From Ranitomeya imitator (lineage: Eukaryota), in the NCBI RefSeq assembly GCF_032444005.1, contig NC_091283.1, forward strand, positions 191,704,001 through 191,768,000: a stretch of 64,000 nucleotides of DNA. The letters are read 5' to 3'. Shown one piece after another: positions 15,001-27,000 of this stretch (the stretch's first letter is position 1; every line of letters starts with the position of its first letter). The position numbers and the translations under genes are program-made. The notes below the pieces were generated by a model, which made no database searches, was not told the DNA's origin, and saw nothing but the letters and a program-made list of their open reading frames with translations.

Positions 15001-18000
15001 CAACTTGAACACGGTGAACTCCAACCTGAACAACTACTATATCAATGATGTCAGCGACCTGATCGATGTAGGTGGCTCCTGCGGTTCTCTCCTTCATTCT
15101 GGATCATCAGTCATGCCCCCCTAGTAATGTTCCCACTTTTTCCCCGGCAGTGTTGTGATCTTGGCTTTCACCTTTCCCTTGGGAAGACTATGCGAGTATT
15201 CTTGCAGGCTGAGGAACGAGTTCAAGCCTCCCGACACCAAGGTCTTCAGGCCATTGAAGGGGCCGTTGACAACTTGGATGCACAGGCTGACAAACACAAG
15301 ATGATGGAGATGCGGGGTGACGCCTTCTGTCCTCCAGCACGATTTGAATTCCAGCCCCATGAGGGCGATGAGGTATGGAACCTGCTCGTCTTTTGGGGGC
15401 GTCCAAAATAAATATGTAGGTTTTTTTGTAAATACATATGTCATGTTCTTCTTCTCCAGGTGTTGGAGGTCCGATCTGAGCCACTTTTTCACCAAGAGCT
15501 GATCACCAGATTTCAACATATTCAATCGAGACTGGAAAGCGAGCATCTAGAGACTGAAGAGGTACGTTACACCTTAAAGGGATTATTACAAGTTGAGAAT
15601 TGGACTCTGAAATGCCCCGACGTACTGAAGTGGTGGCTGTAAATTTAGCATCTACTGTATAGGACTACGCTATTCAGTTATCTCCATCAGTCCTATGGAC
15701 TTTCGGACTGCTGGGGAGGAAAAACATGTGCTCTTTTTGGGGCAGATTTGTTCATGCATTATGGTTGTACCTATACTCCTTTCTAGACTTTGTTCGTATT
15801 GCTTTGCAGGACCCTGTCCTTCAGCCTTGTTAGTAATCTGTTGACACAGGGCGGGAGCCTTGAGAACCGCCTCCTACCTGATGGCATTCTTGGCCCTCCT
15901 TATGATTAGCAGGCCTGACACGGTGTGATATGTTCATCATGCCACAACGTTGACCTTGTGCCAGATCAGCTAATCAAAAGAGGAGCCGGTGGTGGCGAGA
16001 GGTAAGAGATGGTTCTCCTCCCGTGTGGCGGCCATAGATTACTGATGTGGCTGATGGACTGAGCCCGTGAATCGATTCACACCAACATTCCCATTATCCT
16101 TTCGCATGCCTCGGTTGAACCTGAGGGACATCTCAACAGAACCCTCACCAATTCCATTCTAAGTCACTGGTGTCCTTTGGACATTGGTCAATTCTGGTGG
16201 GGCCTATTATATAATAGATCCAGAATTGCATTGTTGTTGTTTCTATGTAATGGAAGTCAGAAAGAAAATGTGAGCAGAGCCTTATGCAGAATATTCAGTG
16301 TTACTGAGCAAGATTGACCAGGTTATGGGACATACGTATGGGTCCTCAACTTTATTCCATGCTTATTCATATATGTGATTCGTGGAGCTTAGCTGGATGA
16401 AATGAGGTGGGTCTGGGCATGGCAAATTACTGAAAATAATATGGAGGACCCTTTCACCACCAAACGTTGTAGAAAGCTAATTGAAATTGGGAGCAATCAA
16501 CATTTGCATTCTGAGCCTGTTTTCTTTTCAGGTGAACAAGACACTTAAGGCTACTCTCCAGTCTCTACTAGACCTCATTGGAGCAGATGACTTTGACTTG
16601 TCCGATGCATTTCAGTCCAGCCAGTCCACAGAATCCTTAAAATCCACGGGATCAGACACCAGCAGTAAGACAAGCACGGCAAAAAGACGGGCCAACCAGC
16701 AGGACACAGAGACCTTCTATGTTACGGTGAGAAGGAAATAGGTAGGAGAACAATATGGGGCTTGACCTTTTGAGGTCGGGGGCCATAAATGTGAGGACCA
16801 CACAGAAAAAAATGCAGTTATGACGGCCCTCAATGGAAGTTTGGGAAGAATTATATAAATGACCATTCAAAGATACCCAACAATGCCACCATTCAAGATC
16901 TACTCATTCTCCTGGTGTCTCACTACGGTTCCATTCACCAGGCTAATTGCCCATGTTGTACTTTAGCACAATAAGCTGTCACTCAACATCACTAGTAATT
17001 ACACGTCTTCATCCCATAGCAGCAAGTGAATGGGCCATTAGTCTGGTATGGAATGACTGGTTGTTAACCTAGATTCTTCAGGAGGGGCTGTCTGCTTTAT
17101 AAAACCCCCTTTTAAAGGCCCTCTTACGGAATTCAGTGTTAATAGAGGAGGATCCCGTATTCAAGACACTCAACAAAGGGCAACTCTTTCTCTGTGAAGG
17201 ACTTGGCGCATCCATGATCTACATGGACAAGGAATTAAAAGTATCTAGGACTTCAACATCAACCATCCTCATGATGAGAAATAGGTGGAGGTCCAAGCTC
17301 AGTTCAGTCTAATTTTTCTTAAATATCTGCTAAAGAAAACCCTTTTAATGATCTAATGTATCAATTTTGGCATCATCATGTGGAGATACTGTGCCGGTTG
17401 CAGAATTAGTAGGTGTAGAGTAACGTCCCGTGGATGGTCCCTGCTGTTCTGATGCTTCCATGTTTGGTGTAGCTGATATCTGCTTACTTGTATTTTTCTT
17501 TTCTGTTTTAGAAATTGCAGAAGTATCTTGCAGGGAGAAGCACTATATGTAAATTACAGTCAAAGCGAGACCGGCTGAAGGAAGCCATAGATAAAGGCAA
17601 GTGGATTGTGCTCAGTAGAACTTGGAGTTGTCCAGTTTCTGGTCAAATGTCTTCCAGTTTTTTGCCAAGAATCTCTAAATGATCCCGTAAACCTCAAAAG
17701 CAACGCTCTTCTCTTTCATAGGTTTGCATTGTCATTTACTTATGTGTCCGCCTCCCCAGCCATCCTCTAGCTCTGTTCACACTTGTGCAGAAGTGGGCAA
17801 AGCAAGAGAGCAGCTGGGCAAGCGGTATTGACCTCTGCCGCCATCTTCATTACTATGGATGGGGAGAGTGCTCGGTTCAATGCTAATGAAGACAATGATC
17901 ATGGGGGGCCTGACTTCTGACATGTGAAAATTTAGGAACCCTTTAAGGCTATTAGTGGCTGCCATCAAGATTGGTTATTTTGATCATATTGACACAAGAT

Positions 18001-21000
18001 TCCCTTCTATAAGTCTCCGCCATACCAGTAGAAGTTCTGGCAACCTGGTCAATACTGCTGCCTTCAAGATTGGGTATTTTGATCATATTGACACAAGGTT
18101 CCCTTCTATAAGTCTCCGCTATACCAGTAGAAGTTCTGGCAACCTGGTCAACACTGCTGCCATCAAGATTGGGTATTTTGATCATATTGACACAAGGTTC
18201 CCTTCTATAAGTCTCCGCTATACCAGTAGAAGTTCTGGCAACCTGGTCAACACTGCTGCCATCAAGATTGGGTATTTTGATCATATTGACACAAGGTTCC
18301 CTTCTATAAGTCTCCGCTATAACAGTAGAAGTTCTGGCAACCTGGTCAACACTTGGAGGAGGCCCTCCAGTTTTCACTGTCTCCTTTATATACAAGCTTG
18401 CTTGCACAGAACAGCGCCACTCTTGCCTTTATGTAGTTCCTGGTATTGCAGCTTACATCTAATGACTTAAAGTGTAACCATCTTTTTAATTTTTAGTTCA
18501 TAAATCAATAGTACACATGAAAATAAGAAACTTTGTAATATCTCTTATGAGATAACTCCTCTTCTTTCTCCTCCTGGACTGAACTTTCTATGTCAAAATT
18601 CTCAATTTACAGTTAAAATTTGCATTCATTGAAGACAAGTTTTCCCAGTACTGAGATAGGAGATGACAGTTGGTGCTCATAGTATTCTATGGAGGAGGCG
18701 GAGGCAGGCACAGACATTCTACTGCAAGTTCTCCTGAAACGACTGTTTACATTTTAAACATATAGTAAAAAAAAAGTTAAATTGTAACTATTTCAGGAGA
18801 ACTTGCAGTAGAATGTCTGTGTTGGCCTCTAGCTTCTCCTCTCTCCATAGAATTTTATAAGCACCAACTGTCACCTCCTATCTCAGTAGTGGAAAAATTT
18901 GTCTTTGCTGAACACAGATTTTTTTCCCCCGTTAATTGAGAGTGAAAGATTAGTAGTCCAGGAGGGGAAATAAGCAGATTTCTCTGATAAGATATATTAC
19001 AAAGTGTCTTATTCTCATAGATAATATTCATTTATGAAATGAGAATTGAAACCACTATTACTTTTTAAATGATTTTGAGCTGCAATACCAGACACAGCCT
19101 GTGGACCAGAGTGGCGCTGTTTCCCCAAAAAATCTTATGTAACCTTTTAAAGATAAAAATGTATTTTGTGTCCACTTATCTGTCCTTCTTTCCATTAAAT
19201 GATATTATAATAGCATATTATATAGCAAAGTACATCGAGATCTGCTAAGCAATGGTTATTTCCTAAGCTGCTCTAATAAGTAGATGTATTCAAATGATAT
19301 ATGAGAACAGCTGAGGAAGTTGCCGTATTTCTGTGTGTTCTGCAATTTCTCACTGTTTCCATTTTCCTCTGCAGCTGCTGAGTCACACAGTCACATCTCT
19401 GGGTATGTACGCTGTATGTTCTCTGTATTGGGGGGTACAGAGGAGGAACGGGAAGTAGAATCTTTAGCCGATATGGATTTATTTAGTATCCGTTAAAAAA
19501 ACATAAACCTCACACCACAAGGCAATGATTGACCCTGGTTCCTGCTTTCCCCACTGATTTCCTTTTCTTCTTATTACAAGGCTGCAAGTTAAATAAAAAA
19601 TGTTTTCTGTAGCCACCACTAGAGGGAGCCATAGAGCTCACAGCATACTGTTTTATCATGTAGACTGCTGAACTACTCAGCTCCCTCTAGTGGTGACTAC
19701 AGGTAGCTGACATTTTTAACTGTGCTTCTCAGCTCCCTATAGTGGTGACCACAGGCACACATAATTAGGTTATATCATTCAGTTCTATATATTCAGGGGA
19801 TTTGAAGCATTATATAAAAAACGTGTAATGTTGCTAAAATGTACAAAATGTTTTAGATCATAATAACAAAATATGGACATTTAACATTAAATTTTGTCCT
19901 TTGCTTTGGAGCTTTTGTATGGGTGACCAGTTGTTCCATTTGACAATATCTTGAGACCAGGGGAGAACCAGTCCCCTCCCATTATGGCAATCGGTGGGAT
20001 TAACCATTATGACCTATCCAATGGATAGTTAAGTAAATAAGGCAGCACACTGCAGCGCTAGAACATACAAACTTGAAAAACAAAATTTGAACTGCATTAC
20101 TGCACTAGAAATATGAAAAATGAGAGCTTATAGCGCATAAAAATGGCCAATTTTATGTGTACCTGGTAGCCCCTTTACGGCATCTCTCTTATACCAGGTC
20201 CTACACTTGCCTTACCTCGCTGAGAATAAACGTCTCCATCTGAATGGGTACATGTGAAACATCTTCTTAGACTAGAATTCTCTCTCTCTGTGGAGGGGTA
20301 TTAGACCTGCTGTAATTAAAACACCTGAAGCTAGGAGGTGGAGTGCACGATCAGAAGGCTAGAGAATACATTTCAAAAACCTGACCTGCACATCCAAACA
20401 TAGACTCAGTGTGAACAGGTGCTGAACCTAGAGTCACCAACTCGTATACAGTTAAGTAAATAAGGCAGCACACTGCAGCGCTAGAACATACAAACTTGAA
20501 AAACAAAATTTGAACTGCATTACTGCACTAGAAATATGAAAAATGAGAGCTTTTAGCGCATAAAAATGGCCAATTTTATGTGTACTTGATAGCCCCTTTA
20601 CTGCATCTCTCTTATACCAGGTCTACCAGGTACACATAAAATTGGCCATTTTTATGCGCTAAAAGCTCTCATTTTTCATATTTCTAGTGCAGTAATGCAG
20701 TTCAAATTTTGTTTTTCAAGTTTGTACGTTCTAGCGCTGCAGTGTGCTGCCTTATTTACTTAACTGTATACGAGTTGGCGACTCTAGGTTCAGCACCTGT
20801 TCACACTGAGTCTATGTTTGGATGTGCAGGTCAGGTTTTTGAAATCTATCCAATGGATAGTTGACGATTTATGTAGACTGGAATACCCCGATTGTTGCCC
20901 TTTTTGAATTTTGCTGCCCCTTAGTCCAGGATTAGAGAAAAAGTTATGTGTTTTTTTTCCCACCAAAACAGCGCCACTACTGGGCACAGGTTGTATCTGG

Positions 21001-24000
21001 TATTGCAGTGCATTCTTATTCATGTTTCGGGCTGAGCTGCAGTAAGGCATACAAAACTTAGACAAGACTGGCATTGTCTATAGGTGCAAAGCCAGCCGCT
21101 TTAATAAACAAAGCCTTTATTAAGCGGCGTGTATATAAAAGTAACCCTTGGAATTTTTTCCTTTTTTATTTGATCCTGTCTATTGGATACCATCCTGTTT
21201 AATGATAAATGACTCTAATAAAGTTTGTGTCTTTATGTAATGGAGGCCAGAATATCTTCTATGTTTATTGCCTCTGTTATATTATAAGGTAGGGGATACC
21301 GGCAAATTTGGCCGCAACACGGGTCCAGCATGACCAAAAATTGCAGTAGCAAAATGCAGGTCAATGGGGTTGCATTGCGACCCATGGGCTGCAATAAGTC
21401 ATAAAAAATCACAACCAATTGGATTTTTTGTGGTTTGGTTGTTGCGGTCACGGTACCCTACGGGTACCAACATGACCCCATTCACCTACATTATGCTGCA
21501 GCATAGAGCAATCTTTTTGCTGCTTTATCTGTGTTGCAACTTCAGTTGCCGCGTAGCCCCAGCCTTTATGTGAAGCGAGGATTTGCATGTGGGTGAATTG
21601 TATGTCCCACGGTTGGTTTCAGGCAGGAGTCCAGCACCAGTAAGTCTCAAAGGGCGAGAAGGCAGAGACCGTCCTCCCAGTATAACCACAAACTGTTTAA
21701 CGGGGACTTGGAGGAGTTTGTGCAGGTACCCGCCATATCTGCTGCCCTTTTCTTTGCTTCCTGATCTGGCTCATATTCCCTTTTGGGGAATTTACTGCAG
21801 TGTTGCTCGCTCCAGAAGCCTTCGCTGCATAGGACTCTCCCTGCCGGTGCAAATATCTATCACCTCGCTGCTGAATGATCTCACGGTCTGAGCTTCTGCT
21901 GCTGATAGGACCCTTATTTTAGGTTTCTCTTTTCCCTCTCTTATTCCACATGACCTTTTTTATTTCTGTATTTCAATTTTTATACCTAACACTGCCAGCC
22001 ACTCTTCCCCATGCCCCCATAGTGCCCGATATTGTACTTCCATATAAGTGCCAGCCTTAAAGGGGACCTGTCACTAATTCTGTCTTCTCTTGTTTTTCCC
22101 AAGAAATAACAATTCTCATGTATCTTTTTTTTCAATTCTGCGTTGTCCCATTCCTCTGATATTCCGCCTGGACATTTAGGAATAAATTGACAATAAGGTG
22201 TTACCTTTCACTTATGAAAGAAGTGTGTCCCCGCACAGTCCGACACTTTCAATGTTAGTGGACAGTAGCAGATTCGGTAGGCACACACTCCCTCAACAGG
22301 TAACCCATGTGAGTGGACCCTACTGTCTTAGCGTTTGTAACACATGACACAATGAAGCCTGATGCCTATTAAACTGTAAGTGATTGACTGCTGCCTTCAT
22401 GCATGGCACTTGCAACAGGATCATAAGTGGGTGCTGTTGTGCCTAATAGCTCAGCATTGATAAACCAACATATAGATGCTCAAATCTCTACTTTGGTGAC
22501 ATGCACCTTTTATTATGCCTCTATTTCATAGTTACCAACAGTCTGTGAGTATGCCGGGACTGTCTCTATTTTTTGGCAGTCTAGAAAAGCAGTGGAGCTT
22601 GCTTAATAAGGACCTGTCACTTGCTCTAAAAACTGAGTTAAATACCTTGGCAAAAATCTTCGCGTTCCCCTGATTATACCGCTCTTTTCCATTTTGCACT
22701 GCGTCGCTCCATTGCTGAGATATTAACATTTGTTGCTTTCAGATTGTAGTACGTGAAATCTCTGCTTGTAGCGCAACTGGGCGTTTCTTCAGAGTCTTCT
22801 CTGGGGCGTGTGCCTTCGCTCATCCCTCCCACACGCTGCCAATCACAGCTCGGCATCCAATTCTGCAGTCTGTCAGACTCAAAGGCTGCCTAGCTATGAT
22901 TTGCAGTGTCTGGGAGTGAAGGATGATAGCACGTGACCCAAACCACATTGAAAACTCTGAAGAATCGCTCAGTTGGTCTACAAGAAGAGATTTCACATAC
23001 TGCGATCCAGAAGAAACAAATATGAATTTATCGGAAATGGAGCAACACAGCGCAAAATAGCGAAGTGGCACAAAATCCCCGTCACTCATTTTTTTAAAAA
23101 AGGTATTGAGCTCAATCTCTTGGATCAAGTGACACGTCAGCTTTAAACCACACCACAGAGTTGAAGGTTGCATCCAGTTTAGCTTTCACTGAGCTGAGCT
23201 GGACTAAATCAGCAAAGTTAGTATATATACAGTCTGTATTTTGCCCTCTTTTTGCTCACACAAGGAACTTTATCTTTAAAACCTCTTATCACCTATCACT
23301 CGTCATTATCTCTCTTCCTCTGCGTAATCTCTACTTCTTCCCTTTTGCCCACCCATATTTACTTCCCTTCTCATGTTGCACCATTCTACAGTATGTGCTC
23401 TGCTTTCTATGTCTTGTGTGACCCTATCTGTATTGAAAACGTGTTATACAGCATATTACTGCGGGTATAATGGGATAAACCTACAAATATCCATACATAA
23501 ATGATTGTAATGGGGTGATGATGAAGAAAAGGGACCTAAACTTTTAAGGGCACCTACTTATTCCTTTATAAAGGTATGCTCTTGAGTTAGCGCTACAGAT
23601 TTTTAAAGGGTGATTCCATTTACCATTTATAATATTTATAATGAATATCAATAGTACAAAAACGACCCTACATTAAATCCCATAGTTATTTTATGACATT
23701 GGTCATTCTTATTTCCAAGTCTCCCGTTACATCTGAGGACAGTGCACAGATTTGGCGATGCTTCACCCTGTGTTCATTAAAGTTTCTTCTGTAATATAGA
23801 TGATAATTCAGCAGGAGTATGGATGTTGCGTTATCCAAAATTTGAGGTAGTCTTAAAAAAAAAACAAAAGATTCCTATGAAGCCAAGCCTAGATTTGGAT
23901 TGATCACAAGATCCTCCATGAGACCTTCCTGAAAATGTTCCCGGCCTCCTCCATCTAGAGCATGACACCTTCCTGAAGATTCCCCTGACCACCTACATGT

Positions 24001-27000
24001 GTAGCATAACACCTTCCTGACAGTTCTGACCCCCTTCATTTGTAACATGACATCTTCCTAAAGGTACCCTTGACCTCCTCCACATGTAGCATGACACCTT
24101 CTTGAAAGTTCTTCTGACCTCCTTCACCTGAAGCATGACACCTTCTTGAAGGTTCTCCTGGTCTCCTCCATGTGGAGCATGACACCTTTCTGAAGGTTTC
24201 CCAGACCTCCTTCACATGTAGCATAACACCTTCTTGAAAGTTCTTCTGACCTCTTTCACCTGAAGCATGACACCTTCTTGAAGGTTCTCCTGGTCTCCTC
24301 CATGTGGAGCATGACACCTTTCTGAAGGTTTCCCAGACCTCCTTCACATGTTGCATGACAGCTTCTTGAAAGTTCTTCTGACCTCCTTCACCTGAAGCAC
24401 GACACCTTCTTGAAGGTTCTTCTGGTCTCCTCCATGTGGAGCATAACACCTTTCTGAAGGTTTCCCAGACCTTCACATGTAGAATGACACCTTCTTGAAA
24501 GTTTTTCTGGTCTCCTTCATCTGTAGCATGACACCTTCCTGAAGTTTCCCCTGTCCTCCTCCACCTGTAACATGACACCGTATAGAAGGCTCTCCTGGCC
24601 TCCTCCACCTGTAGCTTAATACCTCCTTGAAAGTTCCCCTGACCTCCTTCACATGTAGCATGACAACTTCTTTAAAGTTCTTCTGACCTCCATCATCTCT
24701 AGCATGTCACTTTTCTGAAGATTCCCTTGACCTCCTCCACGTTCAGCATGACACCTGCTTGAATTTCTTGTGGCCTCCACCATGTGTAGCATAATACCTC
24801 CCTGAAGGTTCCCCTGTCCTCCTCCACCTGTAGCATGCTTCCTTCCTGAAAGTTCCCCTGACCCCCTGTATTTGTAGCACCAGAGCTTCTTAAAGGTTTG
24901 TTCTGTAGTATGACATCTTCTTGTAGGTTCTCCTGGCCTCCTCAATCTGGAGCATGACACCTTCATGTCCTGGATGGTTGCATCATGATCCACCTTGTCC
25001 CCCTCGCTGTTGCTGTGTATTTGATCTTATAGAGGGGGAGATTTATTTATACGGAAGCAGACCAGGACAAATCTTGATACCTACAGACACTGAGGGCATC
25101 ATAATCCAAAGAAGCGACCACTTTGGACTTCACAGATCGGGAATTAGAAATTGACTTATAGTTTTGCTAGGCTCTTAACTTTCTCATCTACAAAAATGTA
25201 CTTTTTTGATTTTTTTTTTTTGTATTCTGCACTTGAATTTGCTAAATCTGAAGCCTACCTCTGCTTTCTATAAGTGTCATATTGACTCTGCACTATTTAC
25301 TATGAGTGATTTCCCTTCCGATATCCCTTGCGCGATCACAGGAGCCTCATTCTGCTTGTGCTTCCAATTAACCCTTTACAGACCGATCCTCTCTTTGTCC
25401 TTCCCCCCCCCCTCAACTCTGCTTGCAGGAGACGGCGGTACCTGTCCCGAGCCAAGGTACATTTCAGTAATTCTTCTCTTCATGCATGGCTTTCAGCGCT
25501 GTTGTGTCTGCTTGTAGTCTTCATTGTTGCTTTATTTTCCAGTTGGTTATTTCATATGTCATCTTATTGTTTTCTGTATGGTTAGAGGTTGTGGGATTAA
25601 ATAGTAATGGCCAGAAGTAGAACATTCACCAGGACTCTGCCCCTGCATAGCTCCCATCCAGCCAATGATCTCTATGATCAGCCCAGGAGGTCTGGCCAGA
25701 TAGGAGCCACTTGGTCTTTAATTAAGGAGCATTTTGTGGGTCTGTGTCTCAAGTTTTTGTTTGCCCCTGTTTTCCAAAAACCTACAATATCAGAAGTTTT
25801 AATCGGTGGTGGTCAGAGCGTTGAGACCCCCGATCGCTGAAACAAAGAGAAGAAGGACACTCTAAACGAGTGTTGAGTCCTATTGAGACTACTCAATAGA
25901 AAGTCAATGAACTTGTCGTTAGCAAACGCTGCCTCTCCTAGTTTCAGCCTCTTCCTCTTTCAGGACGACACTGATCATAACTTCTGTCATTTATGCCAAA
26001 AGTTTTTTTTTTAATTACTTTTATTTTTTTTCCGAAGAGGTGCTTTGCAGAATACAAATTATTATCTAAAGTGTTCAGATGGGTTACAAATAATAAAATA
26101 ATTTAATATTTATCCTCACTAATCCACTGTAATTCCCGTTCTGCACTTTCGCAGTCCGTGATAGTCTGCGCTGCCTGGTCCCGTTCTCGACACACTGGAA
26201 GGACGGGACCAAAAAGAACAGATGAGCAAGGACTGGGTTAGGGACTGAACTGGAGCTGCCGGGGTTCTAAGAGCACAAATTATTGATAATTTTAATATTT
26301 TTAGCAGTCTGAACACTTTAAAATCATCTTTTTCCCCAGAATGCCCCTTTAAACTGAACGCAGAAAAGATGCTAGCTACTTCCTTTTTCACCGATGTAAC
26401 CATTAAGCCACACTTCTGAGCAATCCCTGTTTTTAAGTTATTAAAAAAATATTTTCAACCAGTCTGAACACTTAAATGTTTTTATTTTCCCCCAGAAAAT
26501 GCCCCTTTAAACAAAATTAGAGTAGGAGGAGAAGCTAGCTACTTCCTTCTTCATGGATGTAACCACTGAGCTACACTTCCAAGCAATCCTTCTTTTTAAA
26601 ATCGATAAAAAAATATTTTTAACCAGTCTGAACACTTGAAAAAATGGTTTTATTTTCCCCAGAATTCCCCTTCAAACCAAATTAGGAGGAGAAGCTAGCT
26701 ACTTCCTTCCTCCCCGATTTAACCATTGAGCCACACTTCCAAGCAATCCCTGTTTCAGTTCATAAAAAATATTTTTAACCAGTCTGAATGCTTAATTTAA
26801 AAAAAAAAATGTTCCTCAGAGATGTCGCTTTAAATAAAACTAGGAGGAGAAGCTAGCTACTTCCTTCTTCACCGATGTAACCACTGAGCCACACTTCTAA
26901 GCAATCCATGTTTTCCAACGTGATAAAAATGATCGCTCTATAGGCTCCAACCTAGATTGAAGTCATTGTCACATCTTATCTAATGAATAGTTAAAGGGAT

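Noticed and set aside
15780-16200. Possible decayed LINE (Tx1/L1) fragment on the minus strand
   Set aside because: Only faint similarity with multiple stops; could not be supported without a search
20235-20262. Hammerhead ribozyme look-alike CTGAATGG...GAAAC in the Penelope-like insertion
   Set aside because: The core deviates from CUGAnGA and I could not form convincing stems I-III by eye; it needs a covariance-model search
23800-23846. Exon-like segment tag|ATGATAATT...TTTGAG|gtag
   Set aside because: Its phases are incompatible with neighbouring exons, and it has no srGAP similarity
25429-25456. Reading this 28-nt exon as the constitutive phase 1-2 exon ([10 protein letters not shown])
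   Set aside because: It lies downstream of the 103-nt exon it would have to precede, and 19375-19402 fills that role. Only the phase 2-0 reading (RRRYLSRAK) fits the exon order.
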